From the sequence record OM937123.1: a stretch of DNA of 39,173 nucleotides; one strand, 5' to 3'. The DNA is from Escherichia phage CY1. The notes beneath the pieces are model-generated. The model searched no databases. It was not told the origin of the DNA and saw only the letters and a program-made list of their open reading frames with translations. Positions 10,225 through 18,342 of this stretch are shown here, in pieces (position 1 is the stretch's first letter; every line of letters starts with the position of its first letter). The translations under genes and the position numbers were made by a program.

Positions 10225-10485
10225 CTTCGATGAGTTTTGGACCAAAAGTTTGAGACCACATCTCATAGTTCAAGAACCTCAAGTCTCCCCATAGGCCCTC
10301 TTTCAGTCCAGACAAAGGCCCTACCATAGACCTTCGGTCTATACCTCTAGTCTATCATAGGGTTGGACCGACTGTCAATACCTAAAGTCAACGATTGGTC
10401 ATGACTATTGGTGGTGGTGGAGACGATAGGTTGGGACTATTGGTCTGTCTCCAGTCTCTATCTGTATAACCATAGGTCCCATCAA

Positions 10486-10583
10486 CCTACAGTCTAACAA
10501 CCTACAGTCACCGACCATCGGTAGAGCCATTACCTACAGTCAAAGACCTACAGTCTAACGACACTAAGCTATCGACCTACAGT
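10486..10583. repeat. Array of five short direct repeats (ACCTACAGT-type) near the genome end
   Basis: Copies at 10486, 10501, 10533, 10547 and 10576, spaced 14-32 bp apart. Confidence 0.65.
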
Positions 10584-10936
10584 TTACAGAGACCTTAGGT
10601 CTAGTCTCAAAGGTTATCACATCCGGTCAGTTTATCAGTCAGAGACCATAGCTGACTAAAGTTATTAGTTAGTGTCTTTCTAACTGGACTTTCTATTATC
10701 CATAGTCAGGACTTAAAGTCAATCATCTGGAGTCATCCTTATATAGTCACTGGACTACTGTATAAATTACCATGATAAATAGTTGTTGACACTTTAGGTC
10801 TAACTATGGCTTAATAGCTTCCGTCAACACGACACGGCAACAACCGGATAGTGAAGACGCCGGGTCAGACCGGATAAGTAGTCAGCCTGTAAGACATACG
10901 AAAACCAGGCATCTGACAGGAAGTTGAAATAAACGC

Positions 10937-10966
10937 TTGACAAGATGTAACGACTTAAAGTAGTAT
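10937..10966 (+). promoter_or_regulatory. Host sigma70-type early promoter (T7 A3-like): TTGACA, 18-bp spacer, TAGTAT
   Basis: TTGACA at 10937-10942 and TAGTAT at 10961-10966. The surrounding sequence resembles the T7 A2/A3 region (TTGACAACATGAAGTAA...). Confidence 0.55.
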
Positions 10967-11037
10967 GTACCACATAGAAACAACGGTGAGTCCCAACACT
11001 GAAACGGGATAGCACGGCGACGACAGCCAATGCGAAT

Positions 11038-11140
11038 GCTCTTTAACAATCTGGATAAACTCTTAATGTGCGCCGATAGCGACTAACTACAGGGTCTTTG
11101 AGTCTACATCTGAAGGCCCTGACTGATAGTCACTAACAAC
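11038..11140 (+). ncRNA. Probable RNase III processing region upstream of gene 0.3 (R0.3-like)
   Basis: CTCTTTAACAATCTGGATAAAC closely matches the T7 R0.3 leader (GCTCTTTAACAATCTGGTAAATAGC) as I remember it. The structure was not folded. Confidence 0.4.
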
Positions 11141-11155
11141 TGAGAGGATATAACT

Positions 11156-11665
11156 ATGGAACGTAACGCTAACGCTTATTACGAACTGGTAGCTGCAACT
11201 GTGAAAGAATTCAACGAGCGCATCCAGTACGACCAACTGACTCAAGATGACGACTACAGCGATGCACTGCATGAAGTCGTAGGCGGTCAGGTTCCGCACT
11301 ATTACCACGAGATTTTCACTGTAATGGCTGCTGATGGTATAGGCCACGAGTTTGAGGACTCTGGGCTGATGCCTGAGACCAAGGACGTAACGTGTATACT
11401 GCAAGCTCGCATCTATGAGGCGCTGTATAACGATGTGCTTAACAGCTCGGATGTTGTCTGGTTTGAGGCTGAAGAGAGCGACGAAGAGGATGAATATTGG
11501 GTAGTTGACGCTAAAACAGGCGCAATAATTAAGCAAGCTGTGTCACTTGATGTCGCTACTGCATGTGCCAAAGATCACTATGCGATAGGTCGCCACCTGA
11601 AGGTCGAGGACATCAACGATAAAGTAGTGTTCGACCCTGCGGCTGAAGAGGGGGGCTGCGAATAA
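11156..11665 (+). CDS. ocr: Ocr-like DNA-mimic anti-restriction protein (gene 0.3 homologue) with a ~55-aa C-terminal extension, 169 aa
   Basis: [43 protein letters not shown] matches T7 Ocr ([43 protein letters not shown]); acidic tract follows. T7 Ocr is about 117 aa. Confidence 0.85.
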   Translation: [169 protein letters not shown]

Positions 11666-11820
11666 TGGTAACTTACGGTCTATGCCAGCACCACGTCACC
11701 TACGCCCGGCTTATGGTCAAGACCGGGCAGTTAACCCACGATGCGGCTATGCGTCACCTGAAAGTGGTCTACGAAGTACGAAAACATATGCACGACAGTT
11801 TGCACGCTGAGGACAAGTAA
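11665..11820 (+). CDS. Hypothetical early protein, 51 aa (gene 0.4 position)
   Basis: ATG overlaps the ocr stop (TAATG); + strand early region. Below the ORF-track cutoff; my own translation. Confidence 0.35.
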   Translation: MVTYGLCQHHVTYARLMVKTGQLTHDAAMRHLKVVYEVRKHMHDSLHAEDK

Positions 11821-11822
11821 AC

Positions 11823-11948
11823 ATGTACCAGATAACTTATAGCAGTGAACAGGCGTTCTATGATGGGTGCTACGAGATGATGAAGCGAGGGGCTTGCTAC
11901 GTGGCGAATCACCATGCGTTAACCATAACGCTGACAGGTGGATACTGA
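11823..11948 (+). CDS. Hypothetical early protein, 41 aa
   Basis: ATG 3 nt after the previous stop; + strand; my own translation. Confidence 0.25.
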   Translation: MYQITYSSEQAFYDGCYEMMKRGACYVANHHALTITLTGGY

Positions 11949-12019
11949 GTGAGAGACGAGAGGTCATCTAACTGATAGGTGGCCTCAAAGATTATCACTT
12001 AAATTGATAGGAGTTAACT

Positions 12020-12109
12020 ATGGACATAGGTTACTGGGTGTGCTTATCTCCGGTCATCTTTCTGATAGCTTGGGGACTTCTGGACGCAATCAAGCGAGGG
12101 TCATTCTAA
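12020..12109 (+). CDS. Hypothetical small hydrophobic early protein, 29 aa
   Basis: SD AGGAG with 6-nt spacer; translation MDIGYWVCLSPVIFLIAWGLLDAIKRGSF; stop overlaps the next start (TAATG). Confidence 0.35.
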   Translation: MDIGYWVCLSPVIFLIAWGLLDAIKRGSF

Positions 12110-12306
12110 TGAGCTGGATACTTCTGGCTATTTTAGGCTATGGACTTATCGCCTACGTGCTGGTGAGAGACATCAACAAAGCGCGTAAAGTCTACAAATT
12201 CAACTATGCACGTCTGGGTCGCTGGACTGTGCGTCAACCTAACGGACGATTCATGCGCAACCTCGCGAACGTCTGGGATATAGCAACCTTAGGGAGTAAA
12301 CTGTAA
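12109..12306 (+). CDS. Hypothetical early membrane protein, 65 aa
   Basis: N-terminal hydrophobic segment SWILLAILGYGLIAYVLV; same frame as listed ORF 12004-12306, whose TTG start lacks an SD. Confidence 0.45.
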   Translation: MSWILLAILGYGLIAYVLVRDINKARKVYKFNYARLGRWTVRQPNGRFMRNLANVWDIATLGSKL

Positions 12307-12566
12307 TGAAAACCGTATACACTCACAAATCATCAAGCCGTAGCCGCATGGAGCAAGTACAGCGCGATATGTTCCTACAGAGACGCATGAGAGCAGAAGG
12401 GCATAAGTCTGAGCTGATGTGTCTGGCGTATGGTGGACGACCAATCACCGACGACGGTAAACTTCTGGTCTCAGGCTGGAAGGCGATAGACCAACGGTCA
12501 ACCATCAAGCACACGACTCATGGTGACTTCAGTAATCTTCACGCTAACCCACTGATATGCAAGTAA
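12306..12566 (+). CDS. Hypothetical early protein, 86 aa
   Basis: ATG overlaps the upstream stop; + strand; no recognised homology. Confidence 0.5.
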   Translation: MKTVYTHKSSSRSRMEQVQRDMFLQRRMRAEGHKSELMCLAYGGRPITDDGKLLVSGWKAIDQRSTIKHTTHGDFSNLHANPLICK

Positions 12567-12571
12567 TTCTG

Positions 12572-12594
12572 ACTTAACTATCACTATAGGACTC
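12572..12594 (+). promoter_or_regulatory. Phage RNAP promoter directly upstream of the RNAP gene, +1 near 12589
   Basis: TTAACTATCACTATAGGACTC is a perfect consensus core, 75 bp before the gene 1 start. Confidence 0.75.
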
Positions 12595-12663
12595 AAGGTC
12601 TAAGACTCCAAGTGAAAGACCGAAGAGACTTTAAGTGAAAGACTAATAACAAGGACTTTAAGT

Positions 12664-15345
12664 ATGAGCGTCATCTCTATTGACAAACACGACTTCTCTG
12701 ATGTGTCGAACGCCATTGAGCCGTTTAACCTGCTGGCTGACCACTATGGGCAAGACCTTGCAGTCAAACAGCTTCAGCTTGAGCACGAGGCATACACTGA
12801 AGGCGAGCGACGTTTCATCAAGAACCTTGAGCGCCAGACTGAGCGCGGGGAACTGGCAGACAATCAGGTCGCCAAGCCTTTGATGCAGACTCTGGTCCCT
12901 AAGATTGCACAAGCCGTTAGGGAGTGGCATGAAGGGCCGGACGGGAAGCTGTCAACCTCTCGTCCTAGCGTAGCGTTCACCATGTTGAGCACTGAAGAGA
13001 AGGCCATCAAGGACCGCTCTCTGCGCATCTCCTGCGAGTCTGCTGCGGTTATCATACTGAAGGTCATTCTCTCCAAGCTGGTCAAGCCTGAAGGGATACC
13101 GATTACACCGATGGCCTCCGCGATAGGTCGCACACTTGAAGATGAAATCCGCTTCGGTAGAATCCGAGACAAGGAGCAGGAGCACTTCAAGAAGGCGATA
13201 GCTGAGAACCTGAACAAGCGAGCTGGTGCATCCTATAAGAAGGCCTACATGCAAGCGGTTGAGACCTCCATGCTGGAGCAAGGACAACTGGAAGATGCGT
13301 GGGGTACTTGGAGTCCGACCGAGGCGGTACACGTTGGCATCAAGATGCTTGAGATTGTCATACAGTCTACACAACTGGTCGAGCTTAAGCGTTATGGTGC
13401 TGGCAATGCAGCGGCTGATGTTGAGATGGTCCACCTGTCAGACTTCTGGGTCAAGAAGATGGCACAACGTGGATTCAGCCTTGCGGGTATCGCGCCAGTC
13501 TATCAGCCTTGCGTCGTTCCACCTAAGCCGTGGACGGGTGTCGTAGGCGGTGGGTACTGGGCCAAAGGTCGCAGACCCTTACCATTGATTCGCTTAGGGT
13601 CTAAGTCTGCGGTGGCACGTTACGAAGACGTATACATGCCTGAAGTCTATGACGCTGTCAACATCATCCAGAATACACCTTGGAAAGTGAACAAGAAGGT
13701 TCTGGACGTGGTGAACATGGTCGAGAAGTTGAACAACACGCCTATTGATGACATCCCTCAGATGGAGCCACTGAAGCCTGAGGACTATGCTGGTGAGACC
13801 GAGGAAGAGCTTAAAGCGTGGAAGAAAGCTGCGGCAGGTATCTATCGCCGAGAGAAGGCCAGGCAGTCGCGCAGGTTGTCACTGAGCTTTATCGTCAACC
13901 AAGCGAACAAGTTCTCTCAGTTCAAGGCCATCTGGTTCCCGTACAACATGGACTGGCGTGGTCGCGTCTACGCTGTGCCGATGTTCAACCCTCAGGGTAA
14001 CGACATGCAAAAGGGTCTCCTGACTCTGGCAGTCGGTAAGCCTATTGGTGCTGACGGTTTCAAATGGCTGAAGGTCCACGGTGCAAACTGTGCGGGTATT
14101 GATAAAGTAACCTTCGAGGAGCGCATCAAGTGGGTGGAAGATAACCACGACAACATCATGGCTGCTGCTAAGGCACCAATGGATAGCATTGAGTGGTGGG
14201 GTAAGTTAGACTCTCCGTTCTGCTTCCTAGCGTTCTGCTTCGAGTATGCTGGCGTAATGCATCACGGATTGTCTTACTCCTGCTCGCTGCCGATAGCTTT
14301 CGATGGGTCCTGCTCTGGGATTCAGCACTTCAGCGCGATGCTTCGTGACCACATCGGTGGACACGCAGTAAACCTGACGCCATCCGGTAAGGTCCAAGAC
14401 ATCTACCGCATTGTGTCTGACCGCATTGAGGAGGAACTCAAAGTCCTGCTGGTTAACGGTACGGACAACGAGATGGTGACTCACGAGGACAAGAAGACTG
14501 GTGAGATTACCGAACGTCTCAAGCTGGGGACACGAGAGCTGGCCCGTCAGTGGCTGACTTACGGTATGTCACGCAAGGTCACTAAGCGTTCAGTCATGAC
14601 TCTGGCCTACGGGTCGAAAGAGTATGGCTTCGCAGACCAAGTGTACGAAGATATAGTGATGCCAGCGATTGACTCAGGGTCTGGCGCTATGTTCACTGAA
14701 CCCAGCCAAGCATCTCGCTTCATGGCTAAGATGATTTGGGAAGCTGTTAGTGTGACCGTAGTTGCTGCGGTTGACGCGATGAAGTGGCTTCAAGGTGCTG
14801 CCAAGCTGCTGGCTGCTGAAGTAAAGGACAAGAAGACTGGTGAAATCCTGAAGCCTTGCCTTCCTGTACACTGGGTCACACCTGATGGTTTCCCTGTCTG
14901 GCAGGAATACCGCAAGAAGGATACCACTCGTCTGAACCTGATGTTCTTAGGGTCATTCAACCTTCAGCCTACCGTCAACAGAGGTTCGAAGAAAGAGCTG
15001 GACAAGCATAAGCAGGAGTCAGGCATTAGCCCGAACTTCGTCCACTCACAAGATGGTAGCCACCTCCGCAAGACTGTAGTCCACACGCACCGCAAGTATG
15101 GTGTGATGTCCTTCGCAGTGATTCACGATAGCTTCGGGACCATCCCGGCTGACGCTGAGTATCTGTTCCGTGGAGTCCGTGAGACAATGGTTGAGACCTA
15201 CCGCGACAACGATGTGCTGCTTGACTTCTACGAGCAGTTCGAATACCAGCTTCACGAGAGCCAGCGCGACAAGTTGCCTGAGCTTCCGAAGAAAGGTAAA
15301 CTGAATATCGAAGACATCTTGTCTTCAGACTTTGCATTCGCTTAA
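12664..15345 (+). CDS. gp1: Single-subunit DNA-directed RNA polymerase (T7 gene 1 homologue), 893 aa
   Basis: Extensive identity to T7 RNAP: FGRIRD, PCVVPPKPWTG, WFPYNMDWRGRVYAV, FCFLAFCFEYAG, DGSCSGIQHFSAMLRD, HDSFGT and the C-terminal FAFA. Confidence 0.97.
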   Translation: MSVISIDKHDFSDVSNAIEPFNLLADHYGQDLAVKQLQLEHEAYTEGERRFIKNLERQTERGELADNQVAKPLMQTLVPKIAQAVREWHEGPDGKLSTSRPSVAFTMLSTEEKAIKDRSLRISCESAAVIILKVILSKLVKPEGIPITPMASAIGRTLEDEIRFGRIRDKEQEHFKKAIAENLNKRAGASYKKAYMQAVETSMLEQGQLEDAWGTWSPTEAVHVGIKMLEIVIQSTQLVELKRYGAGNAAADVEMVHLSDFWVKKMAQRGFSLAGIAPVYQPCVVPPKPWTGVVGGGYWAKGRRPLPLIRLGSKSAVARYEDVYMPEVYDAVNIIQNTPWKVNKKVLDVVNMVEKLNNTPIDDIPQMEPLKPEDYAGETEEELKAWKKAAAGIYRREKARQSRRLSLSFIVNQANKFSQFKAIWFPYNMDWRGRVYAVPMFNPQGNDMQKGLLTLAVGKPIGADGFKWLKVHGANCAGIDKVTFEERIKWVEDNHDNIMAAAKAPMDSIEWWGKLDSPFCFLAFCFEYAGVMHHGLSYSCSLPIAFDGSCSGIQHFSAMLRDHIGGHAVNLTPSGKVQDIYRIVSDRIEEELKVLLVNGTDNEMVTHEDKKTGEITERLKLGTRELARQWLTYGMSRKVTKRSVMTLAYGSKEYGFADQVYEDIVMPAIDSGSGAMFTEPSQASRFMAKMIWEAVSVTVVAAVDAMKWLQGAAKLLAAEVKDKKTGEILKPCLPVHWVTPDGFPVWQEYRKKDTTRLNLMFLGSFNLQPTVNRGSKKELDKHKQESGISPNFVHSQDGSHLRKTVVHTHRKYGVMSFAVIHDSFGTIPADAEYLFRGVRETMVETYRDNDVLLDFYEQFEYQLHESQRDKLPELPKKGKLNIEDILSSDFAFA

Positions 15346-15360
15346 CAGCAGGAGAAGTAT

Positions 15361-15591
15361 ATGTCAATGAAACTTGTAGCACACAACAAGGCATTCAACG
15401 ATGGGTCAGGACGTTGCCATGTAGAGCTTACTTATAAGGATTTAGTCATTCTCCGAGACAGATTACAAGCAGGTGTGACTGGGTGGATTCAACCTAACGA
15501 GTACAGCCTTATAGCTTCGATTGATGAAGTGCTTAAAGCGTGGATGGAAGACGAGCGCACTCAATATCCGTCATTCCCTAGTATTAGATAA
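15361..15591 (+). CDS. Hypothetical protein, 76 aa
   Basis: SD GGAGAAG; + strand; no recognised homology. Confidence 0.5.
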   Translation: MSMKLVAHNKAFNDGSGRCHVELTYKDLVILRDRLQAGVTGWIQPNEYSLIASIDEVLKAWMEDERTQYPSFPSIR

Positions 15592-15601
15592 GGAGAGAGT
15601 T

Positions 15602-15817
15602 ATGAATTTTGCACACAAGCAGGCTGGAGTTAAGGGTGGGACTCAAATCGTGACCGTAACAGAACACAACGGCAAGGGTCTGGTGAAGACCACGGTCATT
15701 CCTACCGAAATGTCAAAACAGCTTAACGTCCCATTCAAGACCCTCGTCCATCTTGTGGAATCAAGTCACGAGAAATACCTGAAAGACGCAGTGTCCAAGC
15801 TGGAGCAGACCAAATGA
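15602..15817 (+). CDS. Hypothetical protein, 71 aa
   Basis: SD AAGGAGAG before ATG 15602; the track's 15521 ORF shares this frame but overlaps the upstream gene. Confidence 0.5.
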   Translation: MNFAHKQAGVKGGTQIVTVTEHNGKGLVKTTVIPTEMSKQLNVPFKTLVHLVESSHEKYLKDAVSKLEQTK

Positions 15818-15891
15818 CATGCCTACAGTTACTGGCCCTGTGGATGGGAGCACTAGCAGTATTCACTTTAATCCAACGCAGAAGAGGTTAA

Positions 15892-15914
15892 CCTAAACTA
15901 TCACTATAGGATTA
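15892..15914 (+). promoter_or_regulatory. Phage RNAP promoter (phi1.1-like), +1 near 15909
   Basis: CCTAAACTATCACTATAGGATTAG matches the consensus. Confidence 0.8.
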
Positions 15915-15958
15915 GACTCAAGGTCATGACTCAAAGTCGTGGCCTTCATGATTAACCC
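15911..15958 (+). ncRNA. RNase III-type processing hairpin (R1.1-like)
   Basis: ttagACTCAAGGTCAtgactcaaagtcGTGGCCTTcATGATTaac matches the recurring element and resembles T7 R1.1. Confidence 0.55.
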
Positions 15959-15990
15959 TAACATAACGTAAACTACTGGAGATTTAACAA

Positions 15991-16171
15991 CATGTATCAG
16001 AACACTATCAACTTCGAGCGCATCCGTGAACGTCAGAAGACTGAAGGTTACATTCCGAAAGGCCGTAAGCTGAACAAGACCAAGCGAGGTGGTGGTGTCA
16101 AGGGTGCTTTCCGTAACGCTGAAGGTAAAGACTCCATGGTCAACCAAGAGAAATACTTCGTAGGAGCATAA
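15991..16171 (+). pseudogene. gp1.1: Gene 1.1 homologue interrupted by an apparent single-base frameshift
   Basis: ATG 15991 gives MYQNTINFER then HP-stop. The next frame continues ...IRERQKTEGYIPKGRKLNKTKRGGGVKG...VGA to 16171 and contains the T7 gp1.1 motif GRKLNKTKR, but has no start codon. An extra C in GAGCGCCATCC near 16018-16021 would explain this. Confidence 0.5.
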
Positions 16172-16175
16172 CGCT

Positions 16176-16433
16176 ATGGGCCGACTTTATAGTGGCAACC
16201 TAAACGCTTTCAAAGCAGCGTGTAACAGGCTCTATCAGTTAGACTTCTGCGTGATACAGCAGGATTGGTACGATGCGCATCTTCGGAAAGAGTGCATGAG
16301 ACTTCAAGTAGAGGACCGAGCTGGTAACATCTTCGCGCTTAAGACCTTCGCACACCGCGATGAAGACGTACTGTACAACACTGCAACAGGCTTCCTTAAC
16401 TGTCTCGCTAACCAACTCGACACATGGAGATAA
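16176..16433 (+). CDS. gp1.2: gp1.2 homologue (T7 host dGTPase inhibitor family), 85 aa
   Basis: MGRLYSGNLNAFKAACNRLYQLD... matches T7 gp1.2 (MGRLYSGNLAAFKAATNKLFQLD...). Confidence 0.85.
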   Translation: MGRLYSGNLNAFKAACNRLYQLDFCVIQQDWYDAHLRKECMRLQVEDRAGNIFALKTFAHRDEDVLYNTATGFLNCLANQLDTWR

Positions 16434-16437
16434 CACA

Positions 16438-17514
16438 ATGACAACTATTAAAACCAACCCGCACCGCGCTGTAGATTACTCTGAGTCTGGCATTAAGAAG
16501 GCACTGGAAGCAGCCGGGTCTCTGGAAGCTGAAGTGAAGTACGATGGTGTGCGACTAAACCTACCTGTATTCCCTACTGGTGAGACTCAATGGTTAAGCC
16601 GTGAGTCTAAAGAGCTTCCAGCGCTTCAGCATCTGAAGTCAGAACGTGGGAGTCCTACAGAATTAACAAACTGTGGAGACTGGCGCTGGTTCCTGAAGCA
16701 AGTAGGGCATGAAGTCTCTGGCCTGATGATTGATGGCGAGGTCATGGTTCCTGCAACCGACTTCAACACTTCCTCAGGTCTAATCCGTACCATGTGGTCA
16801 GACACTAAGAACTACGCTTGGAATGGCAACCCAGATGCTGACATCGACACCAAGAAGAAGCATAAGGTTCCTTTCCATCTGGCAACCGACCACATCCGCG
16901 TGGTTGTCTACGGTATCGTTGACCTTAACGTCATCAACGACCCGAAAGCTGAAGGTCCTATCCATAGCGTCACACGCCTGAAGGCCGAAGCTATCGTCCC
17001 TCTCCTCCAGAAATACTTCCCGGAAATCGACTGGGTTCTGTCTGAGTCACACACGGTCTATGACCTTGAGTCGCTCAACTCCCTGTACGAACAGAAGCGT
17101 CTGGAAGGACATGAGGGTCTGGTAGTAAAGGACCCGCTGGGTAAATACAAGCGCGGCAAGAAGTCAGGCATGTGGAAAATGAAGCCAGAGGAGACCATCG
17201 ATGGAACTGTATGCGGTCTCGTGTGGGGGACTCCGGGTAAGGCCAACGAAGGTAAGGTCATTGGCTTCGAGGTGCTGCTTGAGGATGGCATGGTGGTTAA
17301 CGCATGCGGTCTTACTGAGGAGCAGAAGGATGAGTTCACCGCTTCCGTTCTAAACTGGCGTAAGGGGTTATGCTCAAGCACTATTTATGGAAACCCGTTT
17401 GCGGGTAATCAGGTGGAAGTCCTATTCATGGAGCGCTTCCCGGATGGCTCACTACGTCACCCTAGCTTCAAGTGCTGGCGCGGGACTGAGGACAATCCAA
17501 CCGTTAAGAGCTAA
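16438..17514 (+). CDS. gp1.3: ATP-dependent DNA ligase (gene 1.3 homologue), 358 aa
   Basis: MTTIKTNPHRAV..., catalytic KYDGVR, EGHEGLVVKDP, KSGMWKMKPE and DGSLRHPSF match T7 ligase. Start taken at ATG 16438 (SD GGAGA) rather than the listed 16360. Confidence 0.92.
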   Translation: MTTIKTNPHRAVDYSESGIKKALEAAGSLEAEVKYDGVRLNLPVFPTGETQWLSRESKELPALQHLKSERGSPTELTNCGDWRWFLKQVGHEVSGLMIDGEVMVPATDFNTSSGLIRTMWSDTKNYAWNGNPDADIDTKKKHKVPFHLATDHIRVVVYGIVDLNVINDPKAEGPIHSVTRLKAEAIVPLLQKYFPEIDWVLSESHTVYDLESLNSLYEQKRLEGHEGLVVKDPLGKYKRGKKSGMWKMKPEETIDGTVCGLVWGTPGKANEGKVIGFEVLLEDGMVVNACGLTEEQKDEFTASVLNWRKGLCSSTIYGNPFAGNQVEVLFMERFPDGSLRHPSFKCWRGTEDNPTVKS

Positions 17515-17525
17515 CTAAACGTCAA

Positions 17526-17557
17526 CCCAGTGGTCTTCGGACTGCTGGGTTTCTTTG
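17526..17557 (+). terminator. Rho-independent terminator after the ligase gene (T7 TE-like)
   Basis: Stem CCCAGTGGTC / GACTGCTGGG with TTCG loop followed by TTTCTTTG; same position as the T7 early terminator. Confidence 0.6.
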
Positions 17558-17597
17558 CTTTGTGCTAGTAAGCTATCGTCTGGGCCACCAGCCTGAC

Positions 17598-17620
17598 CCT
17601 AAGCTATCACTATAGGACAA
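17598..17620 (+). promoter_or_regulatory. Phage RNAP promoter (phi1.5/1.6-like), +1 near 17615
   Basis: CCTAAGCTATCACTATAGGACAA; one mismatch to the consensus (G for A at about -12). Confidence 0.7.
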
Positions 17621-17648
17621 CCATAACTTCGACCTAAGGAGGCCGACC

Positions 17649-17909
17649 ATGTTTAAGAACTTAATGTTCAATCGTTATACCAGTACCTTCCACATGTCCA
17701 ACAACCCGTTCGCTTGCATTAAGCGCAACGAGAAGCTGGGCTACTTCGGGAAGGCCGTTAAGCTGTCACCTACAGTCTACGCTCTGATTACTCCTGGAAA
17801 AGCTGAAGAGGCTCGCCAGAAGCGTGAGACCAACGTACCAGTGGTCTACACCAAGTGGCCTCGTGTTCGCCTGTTCATTGAGTTCGTGAAGGAGGTGGTA
17901 AATGGTTAA
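17649..17909 (+). CDS. gp1.6: gp1.6-like protein, 86 aa
   Basis: SD AAGGAGG; synteny between ligase and gp1.7. Family assignment is by position and size only. Confidence 0.6.
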   Translation: MFKNLMFNRYTSTFHMSNNPFACIKRNEKLGYFGKAVKLSPTVYALITPGKAEEARQKRETNVPVVYTKWPRVRLFIEFVKEVVNG

Positions 17910-18342
17910 GGCAGGAGATACCGTCAGATACGCAGGGCCTATAGATGCCCACTTAGGCCTACATGATGGTAAGGTGCTCGAAGTGTATCCTAAGTCCAGT
18001 ATCGTTAAGGTGCAATGGCCCGGACTAAGCAGTCCAGTTAAGCATTACGCAGAAGCACTAGTTATCACGAACCAAGTGAATGACAAACCTGAAGTCAAAG
18101 ATGATGGCGTCCGTAAGCCATCACACTATCAGGTCTTTGACGGTGTGGAATCCATTGAGATTATCGCCCGGTCCATGACTGTCAGCGAGTTCCGTGGTTT
18201 CTGCATGGGTAACGTCCTGAAGTATCGACTCCGAGCTGGTAAGAAGTCAGAGCTGGCGACTATGGAGAAGGACCTGAACAAATCAGCCTTCTATCAGGAG
18301 TTGTTCGACCTGCATAAAGGTAAGTGCTATGCTGCCGAGTGA
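17902..18342 (+). CDS. gp1.7: gp1.7-like nucleotide kinase (DUF3310 family), 146 aa
   Basis: C-terminal KPSHYQVFDGVESIEIIARSMTVSEFRGFCMGNVLKYRLRAGKKSELA..FYQELF..HKGKCYA matches T7 gp1.7 closely. Shorter than T7 gp1.7 (196 aa). Confidence 0.85.
   Translation: MVKAGDTVRYAGPIDAHLGLHDGKVLEVYPKSSIVKVQWPGLSSPVKHYAEALVITNQVNDKPEVKDDGVRKPSHYQVFDGVESIEIIARSMTVSEFRGFCMGNVLKYRLRAGKKSELATMEKDLNKSAFYQELFDLHKGKCYAAE

Noticed and set aside
10187-10583. Possible CRISPR array
   Set aside because: The repeat units are only 7-9 bp with irregular 14-32 bp spacing and lie in the phage terminal region; they match the T7-type terminal short-repeat architecture, not CRISPR repeats.
10786-10815. Second host-type promoter (TTGACA at 10786 resembling T7 A1)
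   Set aside because: The -35 hexamer is perfect and the flanking sequence resembles T7 A1, but I could not find a convincing -10 hexamer at 17-19 bp spacing (best candidates GCTTAA / CTTAAT).
11731-11967. 78-aa minus-strand ORF in the early region
   Set aside because: It overlaps two short + strand ORFs that are translationally coupled to ocr; its orientation is opposite to all transcription signals found. Kept only as a remote possibility.
12004-12306. 100-aa ORF starting at TTG 12004
   Set aside because: No ribosome-binding site precedes the TTG; an ATG with a good SD at 12020 (other frame, 29 aa) and an in-frame ATG at 12109 give a more plausible two-gene arrangement.
12952-13434. 160-aa minus-strand ORF (and the other minus-strand ORFs in the track, e.g. 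9088-9519, 25935-26366, 36256-36660)
   Set aside because: All are embedded antisense within strongly supported + strand genes (RNAP, terminase, exonuclease, gp14); no promoters or SD sequences in that orientation were seen.
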